Of a stretch of 64,000 nt of DNA, positions 19,874 to 29,885 are shown piece after piece. Each line of letters opens with the position of its first letter. Position 1 is the stretch's first letter. The position numbers were made by a program, and so were the translations under genes. The DNA lies in assembly GCA_030066985.1 (NCBI GenBank), contig JASJAN010000002.1:122531-186530 (forward strand). The letters run 5' to 3'. The notes under the pieces were generated by a model. That model ran no database searches. It was given only the letters and a program-made list of their open reading frames with translations, and was not told where the DNA came from. This stretch comes from Desulfobacterales bacterium (GTDB lineage: Bacteria > Desulfobacterota > Desulfobacteria > Desulfobacterales > JAHEIW01).

Positions 19874-20752
19874 CTATCGCTGTTTTAGGCGTGGATTGGC
19901 CACTTCCTCGTACGCCCGGGAAATGAAAACCAGGGCGCTGACCATCAGGATAATACAGATCGAGGGCCAGGCAAACCACCACCATGCCGTCCGGATTTTT
20001 CCCGAAATCCAGAGGTTATATAACATGCCGCCCCAGGTAAGGTTGTCCGGATCGCTAAATCCTAAAAAGCTGGCGCCAGCCTCAGCAAGAACGGACCAGG
20101 CAATGTTAAAAGAGGTATAGAGGAGTAATAGCGGCAGGATGTTGGGCATGATATGCCCGTAAATGATGCGCAAATTGCTGCAACCTCTGGCCCTGGCCGC
20201 CATGATGAACTGGCGTTGCCGGATGGAAAGGGCCTGGGAGCGAACCACCCGGGCCGAGGTGCGCCAGACGATGCAACAGATGGCGATAATCACAAACCAA
20301 ATATTGCGGCCGAAAAGTGAGATCAAGACGATTAGAAACGGCAGGAAGGGCATGCCGTACACGATATCGGTAAAACGCATTAGAATTTCATCAATTTTTC
20401 CGCCATAGTAAGCTGAGAACAGCCCAATGTTGGCGCCGATGATGATGGAGATCAGCCCGGACACCAATCCGATCAGGAATGTGGTCCGGGTGGCGAGGAT
20501 CATCTGACTCAAAATGTCGCGGCCCATGGCGGTGGTGCCCAGCGGAAACTCCAACGATGGCGGCCTTAGCATGGCCAGCTTGCCATTGGAATCCCGCAGT
20601 GGCTCCCATAAATCGTGAGGGGCAATCCAGGGGGCCAGAATGGCGACCACAGCGAAAAAAATGAGAATCACAGCGCCGAAGATACCGAAACGGTTGCTTG
20701 TGATAATGCCGTACTGGGTAACAAAAAAGTCTTTTATGCTTTCCAGTTTCAT
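19874..20752 (-). CDS. peptide/nickel ABC transporter permease (DppC/OppC-like)
   Basis: Six TM helices and an EAA-like loop. Start taken at MKLESIK, which has a GGGAG RBS. Confidence 0.75.
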   Translation of the reverse strand: MKLESIKDFFVTQYGIITSNRFGIFGAVILIFFAVVAILAPWIAPHDLWEPLRDSNGKLAMLRPPSLEFPLGTTAMGRDILSQMILATRTTFLIGLVSGLISIIIGANIGLFSAYYGGKIDEILMRFTDIVYGMPFLPFLIVLISLFGRNIWFVIIAICCIVWRTSARVVRSQALSIRQRQFIMAARARGCSNLRIIYGHIMPNILPLLLLYTSFNIAWSVLAEAGASFLGFSDPDNLTWGGMLYNLWISGKIRTAWWWFAWPSICIILMVSALVFISRAYEEVANPRLKQR

Positions 20753-20881
20753 TCCATTGGCTCCCTTGGTAGTCGGTTTTGAATATGTCGGTCCCGGCAA
20801 AACCCCTGGTTGGCCATGCCGGACTTCCCGCTAACGGCTTCCTTCCTGATGAGCCGGTAGGTGGATGGGTCCATGAAACCT

Positions 20882-21865
20882 TTAGTGTTTTCCACCACCC
20901 ACGGATATCCTCGGATCCAGGTAACAATAGGCAATATCCGACACCAGATTCAGGACAATAACCAGAGCCGCCAGCATCAAAAAAGTGGCCTGCGCCACCG
21001 GGTAATCGTGCGAAGAAGCTGCTTCAACCATCAACTGGCCCATGCCGGGCCAGGAGAAAACCTGCTCGACAATGACCTGCCCTCCCAGTGCAAACCCGAT
21101 CAGAACTGATGAAACAGTAAACACCGGCAATAGCGCGTTACGGGCAGCGTGTTTCATCATGACCCTGTTGGGGGACAATCCCTTGGCCTGGGCCAGCTCA
21201 ATGTAATCGCTACCGGTCACCTCGAGCATGGAATCCCGCATGATCAGCATCGGAGTCGCCAGATAGTAAAAGGCAGTGGTGATCGTCGGCAACACCAGGT
21301 GGTGCAGGAAATCCTTGCTGAAAAGCATTTGAATCCCTGTCTCCAATCGCATGCCCGGGGTGGCCATGCCGCCGGTTGGAAAAAGATCAAGCCGGTAGCT
21401 TAAGATTATTAAAAAGAGGATACCGGTCACAAAAGGAGGAGCGGATTGAAGGACCAAGGCGCTCACGGTGGAACCCACGTCAAGGGCGCTGCCACGTTTC
21501 CAAGCCATCAGCATACCCAGGCCCGCGCCAATCACCAAGGTAAAGCTCATGGCGGCGCCCATCAGAAAGATCGTGTTCCAGAAACGATACGCAAGGATGC
21601 CGAATACCTCATGCTGAGTGGTGTAGGATCGGCCCCAGTTGAGCGTGACCAGGTTTTTAAGGTACAGGACGTATTGCATGATCAAAGGCTTGTCCAGTCC
21701 AAATGCCTCTTTTAACCGGGCCTGGGCCGCCTCATCCAGGGCTGGGCTGATCACCTGGGCGGTGGGATCGCCGGGCATGACACGAAAAATAAAAAAAAGG
21801 ATTGTTGCCACCGCAAATATCGTCATAATCGTGTATAAGATTCTGCGGATGATATATTCTTGCAC
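20882..21865 (-). CDS. peptide/nickel ABC transporter permease (DppB/OppB-like)
   Basis: Typical BPD-transporter permease. Confidence 0.8.
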   Translation of the reverse strand: MQEYIIRRILYTIMTIFAVATILFFIFRVMPGDPTAQVISPALDEAAQARLKEAFGLDKPLIMQYVLYLKNLVTLNWGRSYTTQHEVFGILAYRFWNTIFLMGAAMSFTLVIGAGLGMLMAWKRGSALDVGSTVSALVLQSAPPFVTGILFLIILSYRLDLFPTGGMATPGMRLETGIQMLFSKDFLHHLVLPTITTAFYYLATPMLIMRDSMLEVTGSDYIELAQAKGLSPNRVMMKHAARNALLPVFTVSSVLIGFALGGQVIVEQVFSWPGMGQLMVEAASSHDYPVAQATFLMLAALVIVLNLVSDIAYCYLDPRISVGGGKH

Positions 21866-21940
21866 CTTTTTTCTCCTCTACTGATGTGGAGGCGACCGAC
21901 GCGTTCAGGTCGCCTCCAATGTTAGAGGGCAATATTCGAT

Positions 21941-23587
21941 TTATGCCGGATAGTGGAGTTTGCCCTTTTTCCAGGTGTAGCCTGCGTCGGCCAGGATCTT
22001 TTTGGCCTTGTTGACATCCTCGGGGAATGGCTTGACCGCCGGGTTATGCCAGAATTTATTGGCCGGTGCGATGACCGAACCGCCCGGATCGGCCAGGCCG
22101 GACAATATGGCCTCGATAATCAATTCCTTGGGGATGACATGGGCGATGGCCTTTCTGAAGGCCGGATCGTTCAGTGGCGGCCGGCGGGTATGATAGCCCA
22201 GGTTGTAGAAGCCATGGTTGGGATACCCTTTAGCCACAACGTTTTTGACCTTTTGCAGATCCAGCAGCAGACTGGGTTTAAGGATATATCGGTTGCGGTC
22301 ACATTCACCTTTTTCGATAGCCGCGGCAACCGCATCATGGGAACCGTAAACGATCCCGATAATTCCGGCGCACTTGGGCGGATTGAAATGCTTTTTAAAG
22401 GCTGACACCTTGAATTCCCGGCCCCGGTCCCAGTAATCCAGCTTGAATGGGCCGCTGCCGATGGGTTTCTCATTCGGGTAGTTGAGCGGATCGCTCACGT
22501 CAACCTTCTCGGGGATATCCTGCCAAACATGTTTGGGGATCAGGAACATGCCGCCCAAAAGGTTGGGAATAAAGGGGGCGTAAGATTCCGCCAGTTTAAT
22601 ACGCACGGAATTCGCGCCTGTGATATCGACGCTCGCCACCCGTTTCAGGATCTGGTAGAAAAAGGGGTGTTTCCACTGCTTGCAGTAATCGAAGGTAAAT
22701 TTGACGTCTTCAGCAGTCAGCGGTTTGCCGTCGTGCCAGAGCATTCCCTTGCGGATGTTTAGGTCAAGCGTCAACTGATCGATTACCTTGTAAGACTCGG
22801 CCGCCCAGGGCACCATGTTCCCGTCAGGACCAACCCTGAACAGCGGATCATATATCATCCGCAACTCCATGAACTCGGTGGTGTCCTTGGCCGCCACCGG
22901 GTTCATCATCTTCAAAGGCGTCGGGCGGGCTGTCCTAACATAACCGTCACCCTGTACAACTTCCATATTAATATCCGTCCAGAAACTTCCGGTGCCTTCT
23001 CCGAGCATGGGAACGACATTCTTGATGCGATCGGAGCGATAGACGGTGGTCATCTGCATATAGGCAACCACAGTCAAGGCCTGAGCTTCATGGCACATTT
23101 CTTGGGCCTTGAAGACGATTTCTTTTCTTTTCTCAATGTCCATTTCCTGTTGCTGGGCCAGCGCCATTTTGTCGATTTCGGGATCGTTCAGCCCATACCA
23201 GTTATAGCCACCTTTCTTATATTGCGAAGAATGGTGAACCTGGTAAATGAAAACATTGGGGTCGATGCGAATGGAGGCGCCGGACAGCATGACAAACCAC
23301 ATGTCATAATCATGCTCCATGATCACCTTTTGGACATTCAGGTTATAATCGATGGGGTCCGCCTTGACGTCCCAACCGATTCGCTTGAAGGCGTCGGCGC
23401 ACACACGGGCCACCTCCGGTCTGACCGGGTCCATGGTGGCGGTGGCGGTTGTAATTTTCATGGGATCCACCGGCGCTCCCGCTTTGGACGCAGCGAAGAC
23501 GGCGCCGGGGCCTGCGATCATGGTAGCCCCGATCGTCCCCCCTGTTATTTTCATAAACTCACGTCTTCCTATTTTCCGTTCATTCAT
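21941..23587 (-). CDS. ABC transporter substrate-binding protein, family 5 (peptide/nickel/opine type), Tat signal
   Basis: Start at MNERKIGRREFMKITGG (twin-arginine motif), preceded by an AAGGAGG RBS. Family-5 SBP length. Confidence 0.8.
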   Translation of the reverse strand: MNERKIGRREFMKITGGTIGATMIAGPGAVFAASKAGAPVDPMKITTATATMDPVRPEVARVCADAFKRIGWDVKADPIDYNLNVQKVIMEHDYDMWFVMLSGASIRIDPNVFIYQVHHSSQYKKGGYNWYGLNDPEIDKMALAQQQEMDIEKRKEIVFKAQEMCHEAQALTVVAYMQMTTVYRSDRIKNVVPMLGEGTGSFWTDINMEVVQGDGYVRTARPTPLKMMNPVAAKDTTEFMELRMIYDPLFRVGPDGNMVPWAAESYKVIDQLTLDLNIRKGMLWHDGKPLTAEDVKFTFDYCKQWKHPFFYQILKRVASVDITGANSVRIKLAESYAPFIPNLLGGMFLIPKHVWQDIPEKVDVSDPLNYPNEKPIGSGPFKLDYWDRGREFKVSAFKKHFNPPKCAGIIGIVYGSHDAVAAAIEKGECDRNRYILKPSLLLDLQKVKNVVAKGYPNHGFYNLGYHTRRPPLNDPAFRKAIAHVIPKELIIEAILSGLADPGGSVIAPANKFWHNPAVKPFPEDVNKAKKILADAGYTWKKGKLHYPA

Positions 23588-23899
23588 TTTAAGCCTCCTT
23601 ATTGTGAGATGATTACTTGCGGTTGGCTGGTTATCGCGGCCATTGAACTTACTCAAGGTTTTGAAATGATCGAGCCCGGTTGATAGGAAATAATGGTGTA
23701 CCTTTTTGAATATCAAAAAGATAACCATTGCTAAAAACAAATTTTACAGAGACGGTACTTTGCTAGTCAGGAAAAAATTGCGTGTTAAAAGTATAACTGA
23801 CAACAATTGCATGCTATTTTGATAGGGTAGGCTGATGGTTAGCCGTTTTACAGGATAGTAAATTTCTATAGATTAAACCCCATTCAAAATCAACACTTT

Positions 23900-25267
23900 T
23901 TATTTAAAATTTGGATCGGTGCGCTTCCTTTTTAGCGGGCTATTTCCCAGTCCGGGCCAAATTCGAATCACTCCAAATAACGCCCGCAGAACAATCCAAA
24001 AAGCTGTAATGAGCCAAATCCAGGTAAGCGCGCCTGCGATCGTTTCATCGAGCAGATAGATAGCAATGGCGCCGCAACTCGTTGCAATAATAATGGCATT
24101 TCGCAAATACCGAAAGTCACTGGTTCCCCAGTGAATGCCGTCGGTGGCAAATGCCAAGGCATTGACCGGCTGGATGAGAGCGGCTATGGCCCAGGCAGGG
24201 ACGAAAAGGTTTATCGCCGAAGGCGGAACAAAAAATGCGATCACAAGCGGCTTTCCAAACCACAGCAGGACGCCCATCAGCAGGCCGGTTAAGAAACTCC
24301 ATAAACAAACAATTCGCGCAACTCTTCTGGTATGCTCCATTAACCGCGGACCGATAAAATACCCAATCAGGCTTTGTCCGGTGGTCGCATAAGCGTCCAA
24401 AAAAAGAAACGAAAATACCCAGACCTGCCGAACGGCCTGATGTGCCGCTCCTGCATCCGGTCCGATGCGCGTGGCCGCGCGGGTGGTGATAATGTAAAAT
24501 GCCGTCAGAAGGCCGGTACGAATAAACAGATCTCTGCCGATCTTAACCAGTTTGACGACATCACGAAATTGTATGCGGTAAGCAAGACCTAATCGTTTAT
24601 GGATAACCCACATCAGGCAGATCGCACCTATCCATTGACTGACCGTGCTGGCCAGCCCCGCGCCGAAAACGCCCAGGCGAGGAAACGGACCGTATCCGAA
24701 AATCAGCAGAGGATCCAGTATGATGTTGAGCGTATTGACACCCGTAGCTACCCAGAAGGGCGTATGCATATCCTGCATTCCCCTGAAAATGCCAAAGGCG
24801 GCTATGGTCAGTAAAACTGCCGGCGCTCCGAAAAGTCGAATTTGAATGTATTGCGATGATAAATCATAGACAGCGCCGCTGGCACCCATGACCTTTGAAA
24901 CATAGGGCACAAAAGGCAAGCCAAGCATCACCAGTAAAAGTCCAATCAAAACAGCTAGCACTAATGCCGTGCCCCCGATGTCTTTTGTGATATTGAATTC
25001 CTGGCGACCTTGAGCCTGGGCCACTTCGGTCTGGGTTCCGATGCCTAAGAAATTAAAAATCCAAAAGATGCCTGAAAGCGTTACCGTGCCAACCCCCAGG
25101 GCGGCGAGTGATTCCGCGCCCAAACGCGCCACAAAGGCCGTATCCACCAAGCCTGTTAAGGGCTCTGCCACCAGCGACAACAGCACCGGCACCGACATGG
25201 ACAACAGTGTCTTATGCGGCGACTTTACAAAAGGATGATCATTTTGGCCGTTGGCTTTGGTTTTCAC
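23900..25267 (-). CDS. MATE-family efflux transporter
   Basis: 12-TM protein with MATE N-terminal motif (LLSMSVPVLLSLVAEPLTGLVDTAFVARLG). Confidence 0.8.
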   Translation of the reverse strand: MKTKANGQNDHPFVKSPHKTLLSMSVPVLLSLVAEPLTGLVDTAFVARLGAESLAALGVGTVTLSGIFWIFNFLGIGTQTEVAQAQGRQEFNITKDIGGTALVLAVLIGLLLVMLGLPFVPYVSKVMGASGAVYDLSSQYIQIRLFGAPAVLLTIAAFGIFRGMQDMHTPFWVATGVNTLNIILDPLLIFGYGPFPRLGVFGAGLASTVSQWIGAICLMWVIHKRLGLAYRIQFRDVVKLVKIGRDLFIRTGLLTAFYIITTRAATRIGPDAGAAHQAVRQVWVFSFLFLDAYATTGQSLIGYFIGPRLMEHTRRVARIVCLWSFLTGLLMGVLLWFGKPLVIAFFVPPSAINLFVPAWAIAALIQPVNALAFATDGIHWGTSDFRYLRNAIIIATSCGAIAIYLLDETIAGALTWIWLITAFWIVLRALFGVIRIWPGLGNSPLKRKRTDPNFK

Positions 25268-25415
25268 AATGCTATGCGCTAAAAATTTAAAGGTTACGTT
25301 TTGGAAATAATCAGATTTTCTACCTCACAAAAAGATTTTCTTCAATTTAATTTAAACGGGATTAAAAAAATAGCTGACAGGGGTTGACAACCCTATTTTG
25401 AGTCTGATATTGTTA

Positions 25416-25431
25416 ATCGTAAAAATACGAT
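25416..25431. promoter_or_regulatory. palindromic operator ATCGTAAAAATACGAT within a TTGACA-containing promoter upstream of the ArsR-family gene
   Basis: Perfect 6-bp arms ATCGTA/TACGAT. A near-identical copy is at 25839-25854. Confidence 0.5.
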
Positions 25432-25447
25432 AAACGGATAGTCTACC

Positions 25448-25774
25448 ATGACACAAACAAAAACAGCGATACCACCCGCATGTTGCACATTAAAAATCGC
25501 CGGCAAAGAACAGGAGCAGCTGGTTTCCATGCTGAAGGCAATCGGCAATCCTATCCGTTTTGAGATCATCAAGTTCCTGGTGACCCATCCGGGGTGCATC
25601 ACCGGTGATATTGTCGAATATCTGCCCATTGCCCAGGCCACCGTTTCCCAGCATCTCAAGGTGTTAAAAGAGGCCGGTTGGATCTCTGGAGTTATTGAGG
25701 GCACCGCCACCTGTTATCAGCTGGATGCAAAGAATATTGGATGGTTTCGTTCAGTTGTAACAGATATTTTTTAA
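25448..25774 (+). CDS. ArsR/SmtB-family transcriptional regulator
   Basis: LKAIGNPIRFEIIKFLVTHPGCITGDIVEYLPIAQATVSQHLKVLKEAGWI. Confidence 0.8.
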   Translation: MTQTKTAIPPACCTLKIAGKEQEQLVSMLKAIGNPIRFEIIKFLVTHPGCITGDIVEYLPIAQATVSQHLKVLKEAGWISGVIEGTATCYQLDAKNIGWFRSVVTDIF

Positions 25775-25794
25775 AATTGATTGCTCCCGCTGCC

Positions 25795-25828
25795 GGGACA
25801 TGAGCTGCTTGAAAGCAGCGTTTTTTTT
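25795..25828 (+). terminator. rho-independent terminator after the ArsR-family gene
   Basis: GAGCTGCTT-GAAA-GCAGC stem followed by T8. Confidence 0.6.
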
Positions 25829-25838
25829 ACGTTTGTAT

Positions 25839-25854
25839 ATCGTAATTTTACGAT
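25839..25854. promoter_or_regulatory. second copy of the operator (ATCGTAATTTTACGAT), upstream of the permease gene
   Basis: Same arms as 25416-25431. Both copies are followed by TAAAC. Confidence 0.5.
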
Positions 25855-25874
25855 AAACCATAGGGGCATTAAAG

Positions 25875-27056
25875 ATGATCACACACGTCTTAGACATTGG
25901 CCAATTCATTTTCGACGCCTTTCTTCATATCTGGCCGTATTTACTGGTCACCATCCCGCTGGCCGTTGCGGTTCAGATGTCAGGCGCCTCCAAATATATC
26001 AAACGCGCTTTTGAGGCGCGACCATTGATCGCTATTTTACTGGCAACGATAGCGGGCGCTTTTAGCCCATTTTGCTCATGCGGGGTTATTCCGGTCATTG
26101 CCTCATTGTTGATCAGCGGAGTGCCTCTGGCTCCGGTGATGTCTTTCTGGATTGCCTCCCCATCAATGGATCCGGAAATTTTTTTTCTGAGTGTCGGAAT
26201 GATCGGCTGGAATCTGGCCGTCTGGCGCCTGGTGGCCACCCTTTTGATGAGTCTGGCCGCTGGCTACATCACCCATATGCTCATGCAAAAAGGATGGCTG
26301 GGCAAAGAGATCCTGCGCATGCACAAGGAGGTAAGGGTACAAAGCACTGCGGACTTTTTGAAGAGAGGCTGGCAGAAAATTAAAGACGGTTTCGCAAATG
26401 GTAAACCCTCAAAACGTGTGGTGCCGCCGTTGATCCCCAATCCAGGGCGTTGGCTTCAATATGCACCCGTTATTACTTCTGCTAATCCTGAAATGACTAC
26501 CAGTTGCCGTTCGTGTTCAACCGAAACCACAGCACCCATCAGCATGCTGCCAGAAAGTCTTCAGTTCGCCAAGGCGCCCCCTGCTGAGGACGCCGGCAGC
26601 AGCGCAAAGCAAGGCTGCGGCTGCGATGAGACCACCGTGACATTCCGGCAACGCCTGTTTAAAGAAACCCTGGGCGCGACCATGATGGTGGTTAAATTCA
26701 TGGCGCTGGCCTTTTTTCTCGAAGCTTTGATTATTCTATACGTTCCCCAACAATGGATAACGGCAGCACTGGGGCAGAACAACCCCATGGCGATCACAAC
26801 CGCAGCCCTTTTAGGGATACCGACCTATACCGGCACTTTGACCGCGCTGCCGATGATCAGCGGATTGTTAACCCAGGGCATGAACCCGGCCGCTGCCCTG
26901 GCATTTCTGATTGCCGGGCCGACCACGACACTGCCAGCCATGGCGGCAGTCTGGCCCTTAGTGGTCCGGCGTGTTTTCGTTCTTTATGTTGTCTTCTCTT
27001 TGGTCGGGGCGGTTTTATTCGGCTATTTTTATAAAATGGCGGCCATGGGCTTCTGA
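25875..27056 (+). CDS. ArsP-like (DUF318/YraQ family) permease with a Cys-rich cytoplasmic loop
   Basis: SPFCSCGVIP matches the TPFcSCS motif of the ArsP organoarsenical permease family. The central loop holds multiple Cys residues (CRSCSTE ... GCGCDE). Confidence 0.6.
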   Translation: MITHVLDIGQFIFDAFLHIWPYLLVTIPLAVAVQMSGASKYIKRAFEARPLIAILLATIAGAFSPFCSCGVIPVIASLLISGVPLAPVMSFWIASPSMDPEIFFLSVGMIGWNLAVWRLVATLLMSLAAGYITHMLMQKGWLGKEILRMHKEVRVQSTADFLKRGWQKIKDGFANGKPSKRVVPPLIPNPGRWLQYAPVITSANPEMTTSCRSCSTETTAPISMLPESLQFAKAPPAEDAGSSAKQGCGCDETTVTFRQRLFKETLGATMMVVKFMALAFFLEALIILYVPQQWITAALGQNNPMAITTAALLGIPTYTGTLTALPMISGLLTQGMNPAAALAFLIAGPTTTLPAMAAVWPLVVRRVFVLYVVFSLVGAVLFGYFYKMAAMGF

Positions 27057-27148
27057 GATCAAGATCTAAAAATGCTGACTTGTTATTGCAAAACCAAAAT
27101 TCTTCCTTTAATAATATGTAAATCCAACAATAAGGGGAAAGGTGTGCA

Positions 27149-28231
27149 ATGGACGAGCGCAAAGAAGTAACCGTTCAAAACTACAAAGGATGGGAAGACT
27201 TTTATAAAATCGAAAAAAGCGAAAAGCTCGATTTCTTTATCCGCAAGGGGCGCATGTTGGACATTTTGTTTTCCCAGCAGTTTGACCGTCCCTTTCTCGA
27301 TAAGATGTGCCAGCTGGCCACCCAGATCCGTCGCATGGCCCTGACTAAAATGGGGGCCCGCAAATTAAGCGGCCTGCTATCACACAAGCGTGCCATGCTG
27401 TATTTTGTACAACCTTCCACGCGAACTTTTATATCCTTTCTCAATGCCTGCCACATACTGGGGATGAAAATATCTGAAATTCGCGGCACCAGCACCAGCT
27501 CGGAAGTCAAAGGCGAATCCCAGGAGGACACCATCCGCACCTTTGCCAGTTATGTGAATTTAATCATCATCCGACATCCTGAGGCCGGCTTTGCTGAAAA
27601 AACTGCCTGGCTGCTGAATCAAAACAACCTGCCGGTGGCCATTATCAACGGGGGCTCCGGGCCCGACCAGCACCCCACCCAGGCCCTGCTGGATATTTAC
27701 ACCCTGGAGCGCTCGTTTCGCAACATCGGCGGGATGGACGGCAAAAAAATTGCCATGGTCGGTGATCTCAAACGCGGCCGCACCGTGCGCTCGCTCAGCT
27801 ATCTGATGCGAAACTATAAAGATGTCACGCTTTATTTTGTCGCACCGGAAATATTCCGCATGAAAGATGACATCAAAAGTTTTCTTAAAAAGCACAACAT
27901 CGAATTTTACGAAACCGAAGACTTCGCCAGTGTCATGCCCCAGGTGGATGCCATCTACATGACCCGCATTCAAAAAGAATATTCCGAAGCCCCGGCTGAA
28001 GAAACTGACGTTTACCCGGAGTTTCATTTCACTAAAGAGCATCTCTCCGTTATCCAATCCCATTGCATCATTATGCACCCGCTGCCGCGCCGCTATGAAA
28101 TTGAAATCGAGGTCGATAAGGACCCGCGTGCCGCTTACTGGAAGCAGGAACGCAACGGCATGTGGATGCGCGCTGCATTGATATCGTATCTTTTCGGCGT
28201 GGATGATGAAATTACAGCGGAATTCCGATAG
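27149..28231 (+). CDS. aspartate carbamoyltransferase catalytic-chain-like protein with an approximately 45-aa N-terminal extension
   Basis: STRT(F) carbamoyl-phosphate motif, HPTQALLD, TRIQKE and HPLP motifs in ATCase order. STRTF replaces the usual STRTR. Confidence 0.65.
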   Translation: MDERKEVTVQNYKGWEDFYKIEKSEKLDFFIRKGRMLDILFSQQFDRPFLDKMCQLATQIRRMALTKMGARKLSGLLSHKRAMLYFVQPSTRTFISFLNACHILGMKISEIRGTSTSSEVKGESQEDTIRTFASYVNLIIIRHPEAGFAEKTAWLLNQNNLPVAIINGGSGPDQHPTQALLDIYTLERSFRNIGGMDGKKIAMVGDLKRGRTVRSLSYLMRNYKDVTLYFVAPEIFRMKDDIKSFLKKHNIEFYETEDFASVMPQVDAIYMTRIQKEYSEAPAEETDVYPEFHFTKEHLSVIQSHCIIMHPLPRRYEIEIEVDKDPRAAYWKQERNGMWMRAALISYLFGVDDEITAEFR

Positions 28232-28830
28232 GTCACCAACAAAACAATCTGGCTATAGTGTGGATAGCAGCAGAATACCGGAAGTCTCTGGGCAGGATTT
28301 GCCAGACGGGCGACGGTTACTGAAGCCGCATCGGAAGGAATCGCTTCAGAGAATAGGTTGCCTGTAGGAATGGGTTTAAATTTTATAAACCCTCTGGGGG
28401 CCCGTTGCCTGCTGCCGGGGCACAGCAGAAGAATGTTGCGCACTTGAACGATCACCTTTTTTCGCTTTTAAGCGGGGCAGAAATCGAAGCAAAAGAAAAA
28501 TGATCACAAAACCGATTAAGCTGAGGCCGATGAAGGTCAAATTGTTCAAAGCGTCAACCCTTTTCTAAGTTTGATACGTTTGCGACTGCCTGTAAAAAAG
28601 GGGGCAACCCACCATGAACTGCCCCCCTTTTCAAGGATGTACATCTTTCTCAAGACTCTCACAAACTACCTAATATGATAGCACAAAGAAGCTGCTAAAT
28701 AAAGCCCCTTCATCGATCAATTTGCTCTTGAACTGCTGTCTGTCAAACAGGCAACAGGCTCAATTATCCGACCTTTGCTGCATATTTGAGATCACCCCTA
28801 AAGTATTTGAAATAGATGCCAATAACTTAG

Positions 28831-29118
28831 TTGAGGTATCTCAATATGAAACTTTTCTTACTCATACTTGGTATTGTGGTTATTTTATTGAACATTTTTC
28901 TGTGGTATTCGAAAAAAAAGATCAGAGCCGCAAATGGTCATCCATCTTCAGATAGTGACAATTATTCGCAGGCCGCTCCAACTGAATTTTTAGACAGCCC
29001 TGAGGCCGACGACCTAAAAAAGGCTGCGGCAGCTGAGTTGGGAATAGCAGTTGAGCAGCTGAATCGCATGTCTACCGAAGAGATCGCCCATATGGCATCT
29101 GAAAAAGGGCTGATTTAA
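28831..29118 (+). CDS. small membrane-anchored hypothetical protein
   Basis: N-terminal TM helix followed by a soluble tail and then a terminator. Confidence 0.35.
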   Translation: MRYLNMKLFLLILGIVVILLNIFLWYSKKKIRAANGHPSSDSDNYSQAAPTEFLDSPEADDLKKAAAAELGIAVEQLNRMSTEEIAHMASEKGLI

Positions 29119-29135
29119 GACCACAACCAGCCAGA

Positions 29136-29186
29136 TGATAATTGCAGGACCTTTTTTGACATCAGATGGGTGTCAGGAAGGTCCTT
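29136..29186 (+). terminator. rho-independent terminator
   Basis: AGGACCTT ... AAGGTCCT stem, with inner TGACA/TGTCA pairing, followed by TTTTTTAT. Confidence 0.5.
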
Positions 29187-29293
29187 TTTTATCTATCGAT
29201 CCCAATATTTAACTTGACTCAACACACCCCCGTGCGCATGTTTTCAAATCGTCTATTTCCAACCCCCAACCCGTTTCTAAAAAATTTTATCCT

Positions 29294-29776
29294 ATGAAAA
29301 TATCAAAAATCGGCACCGCAAAATTGTGGCCAACGATATCATGCGTAATGATGATATTAATCGTCTTGATGGGCTGCACCGCCTCAAATTACGGTCGGCT
29401 AGCATCCAATCCTGATGTTACCCAGGCATTTCAGGCCTATCAGATCCTGCCGGATCACACCTATTACTACAGAGGCTCGTCTAGCCGGCCATTTGTCATC
29501 GTCGGCATTCACAAGGACTTCACGCTAGATTCACCGCTATGGGTCAAAATTGATGCAAATTCAGAAGATTTTCGCAACCTGGTCGGCCGGGTATCGCTCC
29601 AGGCTACGGGTCGCACCACAGAACCCTGGGGATTCAACATCATTGATCAAACCGGAAGGAAAGTCGGTGTGTGGTATTCAGCAATTCGCAATGCCACGGT
29701 GGAAGTAGATCAATCTGGCCGAATTGCTAAATTGTTACCCATCCGAACGGTAACCAGAAGAGGACAAGGCATGTAA
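29294..29776 (+). CDS. putative lipoprotein, hypothetical
   Basis: Signal peptide with lipobox (ILIVLMGCTAS). The true start may be the internal Met at about 29351. Confidence 0.4.
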   Translation: MKISKIGTAKLWPTISCVMMILIVLMGCTASNYGRLASNPDVTQAFQAYQILPDHTYYYRGSSSRPFVIVGIHKDFTLDSPLWVKIDANSEDFRNLVGRVSLQATGRTTEPWGFNIIDQTGRKVGVWYSAIRNATVEVDQSGRIAKLLPIRTVTRRGQGM

Positions 29777-29810
29777 AACCCACTTTAAATCTATCGCCTA
29801 AACACTTTCA

Positions 29811-29885
29811 CTAGAGGGACGCCCATATAATTATAAGTTTCTCAGGTACCGCAAGGGGACGCCCATAAAATTATAAGATTCTAGG
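29811..29885. repeat. two tandem REP-like units (GGGACGCCCATAWAATTATAAG), reverse orientation
   Basis: Direct reading. Consensus CTTATAATTTTATGGGCGTCCCC occurs five times in the window. Confidence 0.7.

Noticed and set aside
20391-20961. ORFs overlapping the DppC/DppB junction on both strands
   Set aside because: Shadow frames. The real genes are the two permeases.
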